From NCBI RefSeq assembly GCF_009914755.1, contig NC_060944.1: 64,000 bases of DNA. One strand, written 5' to 3'. This document shows, piece after piece, positions 53,651-64,000 of this stretch; the stretch's first letter is position 1; each line of letters opens with the position of its first letter. The notes beneath the pieces are model-generated. The model was given only the letters and a program-made list of their open reading frames with translations. It had not been told where the DNA came from and did not search any database. The stretch is from the human T2T-CHM13v2.0 reference genome, Homo sapiens. The translations under genes and the position numbers were made by a program.

Positions 53651-54874
53651 AAACGAATCACAGCTGGCCCACAGCAGAGCTGCAGGCGGGGCAGAGAACC
53701 CACAGCAGAGGGCTCTGTCACCGCAGAACCAGGCAGATCTGTGTGAGCAGCAAGCATAAACTCAGGGCAGCAGGCTCTGTCTTGAGGGCTAGAAGGAACG
53801 ACGGAGCCACGGCGATGGTCTTTCTCCGAGATGCATTTCCAGGAAGTTGGAATTCTGATCTTACTGAGACTTTATTTTGCTGAGCTTGGCATTGACTACT
53901 TGGACACTGAGTCACTGTTTACTGCTTTCGAAAATAAGACAAGCTCATGGGCTTGCTGGGGATGAAGCAAGAAACGTGTGGCCCCATCAGGACTGGCGCC
54001 CAGAGCCCGGGTCACCCTGTGCACAGAACTGACACCTTAAGGAGACAGAGTGGCGCCGGCGCCCTGGGCCACCTGGAGGGCCCGAGAGCGGGAGAGGGTT
54101 CAGGGAGGGTGTCTGTGATGGGAGGAGCAGGCCCAGGACGGAGGAGGACAGAGTCGGGGGTCTCAGGGCAGTGTGTGCCTTCTGCCAGTCGCTAGGGCGG
54201 ACTCGAGGTTGCCCTCCGCGCCTTCCTCGCTGTCACCTCCCACAGCCAAGGCAGCTGCCAAGGTCACTCCTAAATACATCCCAAGTCCACCCCATGCCGC
54301 TCCCCTCAGCCGTGGTCCCAGTCCAGACCACGATTCCGCCCAGACCCTGCATGACCCCTCCCATCTCAGGCTCCACTTGGGGACCAGAGGGATCTTAAAA
54401 TATGGATGGGACAGTGACGCCTCTCCTTAAAAGCTCAGGAAAGATGAAAATGTCCTCATCCTCTCTCAAGGCATTTGCAGTTCCCCTACCCCGGGCGCTG
54501 CCCCACCCCTCACGGACTCCTCTCCATCCCCGGGTCCCCACCTGGCCACCTCCCTCAGGAAAGCTCCTGGCCCTACTCACCATCAGTCTCTTTAGGACCT
54601 CTCCACTCACCCTCTGGCGTTCACCTCTCCCTCTTGCCCGTTAGAGTGAGGCCTTGATGAGGCACCTGCCTTATTCCTCCTGCCCGTCCTGATGGCTCCT
54701 GCCCACCTCCACAGCAGAGCCTGCTTCTCCGTGCCTGGAAGCTTTCCCCAGAAGAGCAGGTCTGCATGTACACGCAGGTGCACACAAGCAACAGGCCGGG
54801 AGCACCCCTCACCCAGAGACTCTGCCAGTGTGTGTGCAGACCTGAGCTCCCTTGCCCCAGGAGGAACAGTGCTG

Positions 54875-55171
54875 GTGTGTGTGTGTGTGTGTCTCTGTGT
54901 GTGTATCTGTGTGTCTGTGTGTGTGTATCTGTGTCTGTGTGTCTGTGTATGTGTGTCTGTGTCTCTGTGTGTCTCTGTGTATGTGTCTGTGTCTGTGTGT
55001 GTGTCAGTATCTGTGTGTCTATTTGTGTCTGTGTCTCTCTGTGTATCTGCATGTGTGTCTGTGTCTGTGTGTGTGCCTGTATCTGTGTGTCTATTTGTGT
55101 CTGTGTCTCTTTGTGTGTGTATCTGCGTGTGTGTCTCTGTGTGTGTGTCTGTGTATGTGTGTCTGTGTGTG
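54875..55171 (+). repeat. Degenerate (TG)n/(TGTC)n compound microsatellite, about 300 bp
   Basis: gtgtgtgtctctgtgtgtgtatctgtgtgtct... This is the source of the long T/H/D/Q and V/C ORFs. Confidence 0.95.
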
Positions 55172-55678
55172 CACTCACACTGGTTCTCCAGGGTTCCTCC
55201 CAGGACTGAGCTGAAGTTGTCCACAGCGGCCCCTGCTGGAGCACACACCTTGATTCTCTGCCTCTGCTCCCCAGGCTCACTTCCCCATTCTCTTCTGGCT
55301 GCTTCCTGGCATTGCCTCTCAGATAAGCCACTTCGCGCTGATGGGAACTCAGATGCTGGGAGTACACATGCACCTTGGTGTCGAGCTCAGCGGCTGGCAC
55401 AGAGGGAGGGAGAGAAGGAGGTGGACTACCAAGTTATTGTCTAAACATCAGCCTCTGGTCACCGCTCGTGTGAGGCAGTGAGCATCCCTTCTTGCCCCCT
55501 GGGCTCTCAGCGGTCAGCCTTGGGTCCTGGGGAGACTTGGCCAAGTCCCGGTTCCCTGGGGCTATCTCTCTCCTGCCCTGCGCTTTTGAGTGTCCCCTCC
55601 CCACATCCCCTCTTTCATCCTGACCCACTACTCTGGTTGTAAATAAAATAAGCAGACTACAACAGCTTACTATCACAC

Positions 55679-55721
55679 TGTTCAGCCATGGACTGCCTTG
55701 TTCAGCCATGAACTGCCTTGT
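55679..55721 (+). repeat. 20-bp tandem duplication
   Basis: tgttcagccatgRactgcct twice. Confidence 0.9.
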
Positions 55722-58700
55722 CTTGAAGGAATCCTAGTATTACTACTTGAATCCTAATCGCTCTTAAATTTGAAAAATTAAGGCTAATGGAATTTGTACA
55801 ACAGTTGTATCAAGAGGAAAGTCTATGATAATTACTATAAAAACAGCCCAGCTCCATCAGCTTTGCATGGGTGATCGCTCCAGCGGTGTGCCCATCCTCA
55901 GCTATAGTCCCTTTCTACAGATTAGGAGGCAGAGGCCTAGTGAGGCTAGGGCACTTGCCCGGATCCCTTGCAAATGTTTGGCCCATGTCCCTAACCACCA
56001 TGCTCTTATGTCTCCTGTTTTCTGGGTCACTTCTCACTATGAATTGGGGGATGTAAATATTTGCATAAATTGGATATAAATATCTGAAAGGTTTCAAAGG
56101 GAAGGAAAGTGTGTGCCTAGCGTCTCCACTGCTTATGCACAGAAGAGACGATGGGATGCTAGAGGAGCATGCTGAGTCTCTCTGTAGAACAAAATTATCA
56201 ACCCGTTATCCAGAGCAGCTGAAGGAAAGGGCGGGACTCACCCAGTGACTGAGCAACCAGTGTGAGTGGAGTTGGAAGGGCAACCCCACCCCCGTGGTTA
56301 CTTGAGGCAAGGACCGACCCTTCATCAAGATTACAGAAATGACCCCATCCTTTAACTCATTATTCACTGCTCATACACTAAACAGGTTGCTTTCTTTGGC
56401 TCTCCCCCACCCCGACCCTCGCTCTCTGCCTTTCTTTCCAAAACCTCCACTTTTAGGAAACTTTGGCTGCTGTTTGCAAAATTAGTTCCCAGGTCAAGAC
56501 ATTACATTTGGTCTGGAATTTTCGGGCTCCACCTTTTGGCAAAGGACCACGGAAGTGGCCTTTGGTCCACCCAGCCCTGTGTTTTTCAGCGGGATGTGCT
56601 GATGCCGCAGCTGCACTCCGGGGCTGACAGTAGCTGAATGTTCATCAGCAACGCTTAGCACAGTTGGCCACACCTCCAGGGCCCAGGCACAACTTTAATT
56701 CAGCCACAGTATCTTCTAATTTTCCCTAATGCTCATGAGAAAAATGTGCTCTCTATAGTTTTTATCCCTAAAGGTTTTCTTTTCTTAGCTGCTGAAGCCA
56801 CCGAGATTTTCACAGATGGCCAGCACTTCTCACAGCAGTGGTGCCCAGTGACCCGTTTAATAGGGGTATCAGTTCCTGTTCCGGCTCAGACACTTAGAAT
56901 GTGGTTCTGGTTTCCAGTAATTTTTGATCCTGGAAACAAAAGCGGATGTATTATCCTAGCACCAATATTTCTAATGCAGCCTGTCCACGTAAAAGCCCCA
57001 GAGGGCTCAAGCTCTCGAGATGTTTTCTGGAGCCATAACACTGGTCATATTTTAAGTTCAAAACCCCAAAAAGAATATTGATGCTTCAATGGTGGTTTCT
57101 GATCTCCAGGAAAGCTGGGGTCAGGGAGGCCTGTGCTTCCTCCAGCCTCGGCCAGTTAGGCAAGGAGTTGGGTCCTGAGCCTCAGTTTCCTGCCTCACAG
57201 GGAGGATGAAAGGGGCACTGGTAACACATTTGGCCTTTGCTGTCCTTAATAGACTCCTTAGAGCCATGTGGAAAGTTCCAATGGACTTTGGCAGAACCTG
57301 AAGGGGAGTCCCCATCACACACAAGCCCTTGTTCCCCACCCAGAGCCCCTGTGAAAGGAGGAGGGGGACGGCCAGATCCCAGAATTATGGGCAGGGATCC
57401 TGAGTCAGGTTATGGGCAGGATCCCACAAGCTCCCATCTCTCAAGCCCAGTCCTTACCCTTCCCTTGTGGAGCAGGCTGGGCCCAGAACCCACCGCTCCC
57501 AAGGTCATGGTATTCCGCAGACAACCCAGGTCATTCGGGCAATCCCTGGGTGATGATGACACCTTTTAAAACATATATTACAGAAATTTTCTATGTTTGT
57601 GTAGGAAAATTAGAAAATCAAAAGAACCAAAGCCAAGAAACATTGAAAATACCTATAATTCCCCTTCACTATGATCCTACTTCACACCACTCATGTTTTG
57701 ATGTTTTTCTTTCCAGTATGCATTATATATATTTATATATGTACATCCATAATTGTTTTCATAAAAATGAGTTCATCTTGCAATCTATTATTCTCAACTT
57801 TCCAATGGTTTTTTGGAGTCCCCAAATACATTGCAAAAGATTCAAACAACATAAAAATGAATAGAGCCCCTTCCCCATCAGCCCTCACACTCATGCATCC
57901 CCTTCTGGCTGCTGCCGTTCCCTGCTCCAGTAAACAATGCTGCCGTCAACATCTTCCCAGGGCTCCAGCTCACATCCCTTTCTCTGGAGCAGACACAGAG
58001 AAGTGGAACTGCTGACTCAAAGCATGGGCACACTCTTTATTTTGATAAATACACCAGATTGTTCTCTAAATAGCTGTACTGATGTGTTCTCCTGAAATTG
58101 GAACAGCTGTTTTCCCACACCTGCTAACATTTGAAATCATTACAAACTTTAATGTTTGCCAGCCTAATAGGTGAAAAGTATTATTTCATGGCTGTTTTAG
58201 TTTGTATTTCCCTGAATACTGGTGATGTTTACATTGGCCAGAGCATCTCCACTGCTGTGAATAACCTCCTCACATCCTTGCCCCTATGTAGTGAGTCTTC
58301 TACAGTGATTCTAGAACTTCTTTCTATAGTCTGGCACTAAATCTTTGTATATTTTTTCTCCTAGTTTTTTAAATGTCTTTTAACTTTGTTTGTAGTACCT
58401 TTATCACAGATAATTTTAAAAATATTTTTATGTAATCAAAACCTTCACTTTTCCTTAATAAGTTTTGTGAGTTTTTTGAAAATGTGTCCACCTAAATAAT
58501 AAACAGAGACTAAATAAAAAAGAGACTTTCTAAAAGAAAAGATACTTACTCGGGAAGAAAGCATTGCAATAGGAATACATATTCCGTAGTAAATTATGTT
58601 GTATTCAGAGAGGTAATGGAAGACAAAGGTTTTTAAGGGAAAAAAAAAAAAACCTTTCACAAATGTCATATGCATATAAACTGCAGTTTTAGTTTTTATA

Positions 58701-59707
58701 TTTCTTTCTTTCTTATAAAGAACTTCCAGAAACATTAATGACAGAAAAGAGGGATCTATTTTTTCCCAAAATTATATCCAAGTATCACAATTGAATCCAA
58801 GTATCATTTTTGAACATAACGAAATTTCCCATGTATTGGAAAGGCTACACACACCATATACGAAGGTATTACTTACAGTACTTGTGTGTTTGCTAAAATT
58901 GCATTCTGTGTGCTCTGTTTCCTTGAAAGTCATTTCCATTTGTTGAGTCAGTGCCTGCCTTTTCTGGTGCTGATTTGCTCCTCTCTCTGCTTAAGAATCC
59001 TTGTCATCCCTGTTGAGTTTATCTTAGCCTACAGCAGGGGTTGTGATGGAGGTGCTGGAGGTGGTTGAGATGAAGAAGGTACCTTCCTCTCACTCCCAGC
59101 TGCCGGGATTTCTGGTGCTCTACCCAGCCTGGCTGGCCTCACTGCTGTACTGCCCTGTTGACCGTATGATCCTCTTCCTTCGCTTCTCTCTGCTCAGCAG
59201 AAGGTGGTGGGAAGTAAAGAGCTCTCAGCCTGGGGTGTTAGATCCACCTACCCAGATCAGCTTCTTGAGGCTACTCAGGAGTTTCCTCGCTTTCTATATC
59301 CATGGCCTCTGGCTTCAGAATTCCCAATGGCTCCTATGTGTGAGGCTTTTACCTCCAGCAGTGTCTGAGCTGTGCGGTCCTCTACCCTGCTTCTTTATGG
59401 ATCATATCCTTTCCACTTTCTCTCTCTCTCAGAAATTCATCAGAACTTCTACCCAATGCAGTTTCCCACATTGAGGATTTATACTTATCTGACATTTTAC
59501 TGGATTTGGGATGAGCCGATCTTCTCATTATCCTTCTGGAGCATACAGTTCTGCATTGTCATTGCACCCAGCTGTGGAGAATCCCACGCATACATATCCT
59601 AAAATGCATTGCTCGGCACCGGGCACATGCCACTCCTAGTTTTAAATATTATTAATAGTCACAATGAACATCACTACACACATATCCTGGACACTTTGTT
59701 ATTTCTT

Positions 59708-60019
59708 TTTGTTTGTTTTTTTCTTTTTTTTTTTTTTGAGATGGAATCTCATTTTGTCACCAATGCTGGAGTGTAGTGGCAAAATCTCGGCTTGCTGCAA
59801 CCTCCTTCTCCTGGGCTCAAGCAATTCTCCTGCCTCAGCCTCCCAGGTAGCTGTGACTACAGGCACCCGCCACCACATCTGGCTAATTTTTTGTATTTTT
59901 AATAGAGATGGGGTTTCACCATATTGGCCAGGCTGGTCTCGAACTCCTGACTTCAAGCGATCCGCCCACCTCAGACTCCCAAGTGCTTGGATTACAGGCA
60001 TGAGCCACCACCCCCAGCC
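59708..60019 (-). mobile_element. AluS element
   Basis: Antisense Alu. TSD tgttatttctt 59697-59707 / 60020-60030. Confidence 0.95.
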
Positions 60020-60239
60020 TGTTATTTCTTATAGTAGATTCTTAGAAGGAGATTTATTGGGTCAACCTATATGACAATCTGTATTGCCTATGACCATAAA
60101 TACTCCCCACTTATCATCCGGAAGAGTTTCATCTGTCTGTGTTCCCACCACCTTTAGAGAGGACCTCCTCACCACCCAGTCAGGACAGCCTCTGCTACTT
60201 GTTTTCTGTGTGCCTAATAGGTTTGCTTTGAAATCTTAT

Positions 60240-60533
60240 TTATTTATTTTTTTGAAAAGGAGTCTTGCTCTGTCGCCCAGGCTGGAGTGCAGTGGCGCAA
60301 TCTTGGCTCACTGCAACTCCGCCTCCCTGGTTCATGCCATTCTCCTGCCTCAGCCTCCCGAGTAGCTGGGACCACAGGCACCCGCCACCACGCCCGGCTA
60401 ATTTTTTGTATTTTTAGTAGAGACGGGGTTTCACCGTGTTAGCCAGGACGGTCTTGATCTCCTGACCTCGTGATCCGCCCGCCTTGGACTCCCAAAGTGC
60501 TGGGGTTACGGGCATGAGCCACCGCACCCGGCC
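60240..60533 (-). mobile_element. AluY-type element
   Basis: CpG-rich, with ccattctcctgcc and cgtgttagccagg..gacctcgtgatccgccc states. Perfect 16-bp TSD tgctttgaaatcttat 60224-60239 / 60534-60549. Confidence 0.92.
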
Positions 60534-61827
60534 TGCTTTGAAATCTTATCAAAGCCCTGTAGGCTCTTACTCTGAACTTGTCCCAAGACCTTGCAGTTGA
60601 CTTTGATGAAGCCAAAGTCTGTTCTGTCTTAAAATGAGCCCTGAGCAGATGACTGTGCCTAAACTTCCACCATTAGGAGCTTGCTTCTGGCCTCTGCCAA
60701 ATTCCCAGCTTGGTCTAAAACCCCTAGCCCTGGCTCTGTCAGGCTTCCAGCCTCAGGAACTAGGAGGGACCAGCCCCCTGGGGATCTGTCTGCCCTCTGT
60801 GGGTCCATCATGGGTTTAGTGCCCACAGCGAGTCATACCTGCATGATCATCTGGTTACCTTCATTTTATTATTAAAATCCCAAACCACTTCATGAAGCAT
60901 TGCCACTCTGGGGAAATCATGTCTTTGTGAAGTTAAGTAACTTGACTTGAGCAAGTCAAGGATTTATACCCAAGCCCAGCTACCTGTGAAGTCTCAGCCT
61001 CTATAGAAACTGCCAAAAAAGTCCTGATGGCAGCCTGCTTTGGGCCCAATCCTCAAACGTGGACAACTCTCACAATAGAAGGGACATATAAGTTGGGGAT
61101 GTTATAGATTCTGACGATGTCAGAAACAGTTTTTCCCCTGATCACCACCTCCCCCAGGTATCGGCTCAAAAGAGAATCACTGTACGAGCTGCAGAGGTGG
61201 GGACTGATACTGGTGTGTTTTGTGGAGAATCCCCAGTGCCCAGAGCAATCCTTAGTGCGTAGTACGTGCTCAAATGTATTTTTAAATGCTGAACAAATGC
61301 TTCTCAGTTGTTAGCTTGCAAGAAGAGGAAGAAAGGCACATTGAGCAAAAGGAAGAGTGTGGACATCAATTCTAAGCAGCGTCCCATTTCTACACACACT
61401 TTCAGCCACACAGGAAGCACTGGCTTACCCTCTCCATGGTGGCTGTACCCCCATCTCATGTCCTAGTAACTCAAGGACTTTCCAGTCAACATGGTAAAGT
61501 TCCAAAAGTTATATCCTCTTGGCCCTGGCAGGGAAAGATTCTGCAGTTCCTTTGGGTTTTGGAATCACGCGCTTCATATGGGCATTTCTAAGGATGGGAC
61601 ATAAAGCACATGAGCTCTGGGGAAAAAGGACTCAGCAGAGAGTGGGTCCATGTGGGCATGATTGGTGGAGGTGGCTGTAAAGAACAAGATCATAGGACGT
61701 ATGACCCCAACCAGGGAATAAGATGAGAGGCCCTAGTGAAGATGAACCCATGAGGAGGCAAGAGAGTCAACAGTGATGTCCTGCCAAGACCAGAAAGGTG
61801 CGTTCAGAGGAATTAAACCAAGAGCAA

Positions 61828-62154
61828 GGATGGGGGCAGTACTAGGATCACCCCTGTAATCCTAGTACTTTGGGAGGCCAAGGCAGCTGGATCACTTGAG
61901 CCCAAGAGTTCAAGACCAGCCTGGGCAATATGGCAAAAACCTCATCCCTACAAAAAAAAATACGTATATTAGTCAGGTATGGTGGTGAGCGCCTGTGGTC
62001 CCAGCTACTAGGGAGGCTGAGGTGGAAGATCACCTGAGCCCTGGAGACGGACGTAGCGGTGAGCAGAGATTGTGCCACTGCACTGCAGCCTGGGCAACAG
62101 GGTGAGACCCTGTCTCAGACAAAAAAAAAGTAAACACTAAAAAAAGTTTTTAAA
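61828..62154 (+). mobile_element. AluJ element with degenerate A-tail
   Basis: cacttgagcccaagagttcaagaccagcctgggc. TSD aaaccaagagcaa 61815-61827 / aaatcaagagcaa 62155-62167. Confidence 0.9.
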
Positions 62155-62626
62155 AAATCAAGAGCAATAGAATACATAATCTGGGATGATAAAGATCTTA
62201 TTAAGGAATTGTTCATTTAAGATTTCATCCTGAATTGGTAGTCAGCTGGGAAGAATTTAGATGGTTGATTCTTACTAAATCTTGTTCTCTGCAAAAAAGG
62301 CATTGCTTTACACAATAAATATACGTCTATTTGATTCTGAATGTCTCAAGAAGGGTTGCTATTTAAAGGTTTCATCCCATAAAACACTTTAATGGGTGTT
62401 TATGAGGCAGTTGGCCTATAACTAGGAATAAAAGGTAATAAGTTGGCTGACAGAATCAGTACCATATTGTTCGCAACAAACTGAAAAGATAGGACAAACA
62501 GCTGGGATTTCTGCTAACTGATGTCCAGTCGGTATTTGGATATCTCCAATGACATGAAACTCACTACTGCTCAGCAACCATAGGAAGACACTGGCCAGCC
62601 CATCCACTCATGCGGTGCTGGAACCC

Positions 62627-62921
62627 TTTTTTTATTTTAAAATATTTAATTGACAAAAATTGCATCTGTTCAAGGTGCGATGTGATGCTTCGATCTAGAT
62701 ATATACAGGTATATTGATTACCACAGTCAAATTAACTAACAAATCTATCACCACCCATGATTACCATCATGTTGAGGGGATGAGGCAGTGAAGACACTAA
62801 AGATCTGCTGTCTTATCAAATTTCAAGTCAACAATACAGTATTATTAACACAGTCACCATGCTGTGCATTAGGTCCCCAGAACATGTAACTGAAGGTTTG
62901 TATCTTTTGACCAACATCTCC
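62627..62921 (-). mobile_element. L1MA-type 3' end fragment
   Basis: T-rich start then tttaattgacaaaaattg..aatacagtattattaac..caccatgctgtgcattag..ttgaccaacatctcccc. Confidence 0.8.
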
Positions 62922-63899
62922 CCAGCTCTGCATGAGTGGATGGTCAGCATTTTCCAAACCCACTCTGAAGACTTTGCCTGGTTGGCTACATCAATATCTC
63001 CTGAGAAAGTACAAAAGTCCAGGCCCAGTCACAGAAATTCTGATGCATAGTTTGGAGATGGATACAGTGGTGTTGGTAAATGTTGAACAACAGGCTCTCC
63101 AGAAAACACAGAAATCCTCATGTAGAGAGCATGCCCACTCAGGCTGCCAGTATGATGTCACCAAATGTGAACTGGGGAAGGAATATGCAGAAGCCACCAT
63201 TACAGAGTATCCCCACGACATAGACACAGTGGATGAAATTAGCCTTAACGGCATAGACCATGAACAATCGTAAAATAGAAAGTGATGAGTTTTGTGTAAC
63301 TATTCCCTTTGTTTTAATATGATTTATTTCATTGTAAGTGTACATAATTCACCTTTTCATAAAGGCTGTATGTAAAAACTGGCTACAGAGAATCCTGACA
63401 GTTTAACAATTGGCTCTCAGGTTGGAGCGGGCTCCAGCACCGCCTGGATGGGCCTGAACACCACCGCCCCACATACCCTGGATTTTGGAAGAGCTTAACA
63501 GGCTCTTTCAGCTTTGAGATTCCATGGCTTCATTATTCCACAATAAATGGAAAGAAGGCCACTCTGGATAAAGCAGTGAGCCACCCCCTCCCACGCCATG
63601 TGGGGGCTGTCCAGCCTCGGCAGGGCAGCTTCTCTGTACCCAGGCTGCCTCCTGAAGCAGCTTCCTCTTTGCATAGTCTTCAGTGGCTTTGTAGACTATC
63701 TCTGGGGTGCTGCAGAACCCCATGAAGGAGAGTGTCTGCAAATAATCAAACAGCAAGAAAGTAACTTTAATTTCATGTGGGCAAGCAGAGAAAGCTAAAA
63801 TAGAAGCGAGGATCATAGAGCAGGTCACCAGGATGAAGACTGCATGAAGGCAAGGGCTTTGATGTACTCATTGTCCTGGCCCCGGCATGGAGGTGGCTG

Positions 63900-64000
63900 G
63901 AAGGCAAGAGGGAGGAGGAGGGAGGCAGAGATGGAAGGATGAAGGAGAAGAAGGAAGGAAGGAAGGGAAGGAGGGAGGGACAGAGGGAGGGATGGAGGGA
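63900..64000 (+). repeat. Purine-rich (GGA/GGAA/GGGA)n low-complexity tract
   Basis: Almost pure G/A from 63900 to the window edge. Confidence 0.9.

Noticed and set aside
53990-54640. CpG-island promoter
   Set aside because: The CpG-rich patch is short and much of it resembles degenerate L2 sequence. No linked exon is recognisable.
54607-55444. Longest ORFs in the window (213, 259 and 250 aa)
   Set aside because: They are read-through of the TG-rich microsatellite, with low-complexity T/H/D/Q or V/C composition and no domain.
59664-60365. 93-136 aa ORFs (also 5819-6128, 43648-43950, 50562-50942, 61848-62078)
   Set aside because: Typical Alu-derived translations, not genes.
62378-62404. Small hairpin cataaaacac..gtgtttatg
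   Set aside because: Imperfect, AT-rich stem of about 9 bp, too short for a pre-miRNA.
62200-64000. Assignment to a named gene's 3' end (KCNE1 and PLAC4 considered from memory)
   Set aside because: The neighbouring coding sequences I would expect within this window (C21orf140/SMIM34 or BACE2 exon 1) are absent from the ORF track, so no gene symbol is given.

Overview
This is primate genomic DNA, most likely human or another great ape, since it carries an L1PA2-type LINE and an AluY-type SINE. The window looks intergenic or deep-intronic and I find no credible protein-coding gene, RNA gene or CRISPR array. The listed ORFs are decayed LINE-1 ORF1/ORF2 remnants, Alu or microsatellite read-through, or chance ORFs. 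A large share is transposable-element derived: several L1s, 7 Alus, a near-complete MaLR provirus, many solo LTRs and MER DNA transposons. Subfamily names come from my recall of consensus sequences and need RepeatMasker/Dfam confirmation. I could not identify the locus and I do not see a new gene system. The most interesting signals are DNA-repair or retrotransposition scars readable directly in the sequence: (1) a ~100-bp insertion stitched from two local templates (7710-7810); (2) an old L1 fragment flanked by a 22-bp inverted rather than direct duplication (62600-62943); (3) a perfect 27-bp palindrome replacing deleted L1 sequence (48562-48588); (4) a self-templated 30-bp insertion inside an L1 (28478-28507); (5) a clean twin-primed L1PA2 inserted just inside a CCAAT-rich ERV1 LTR.
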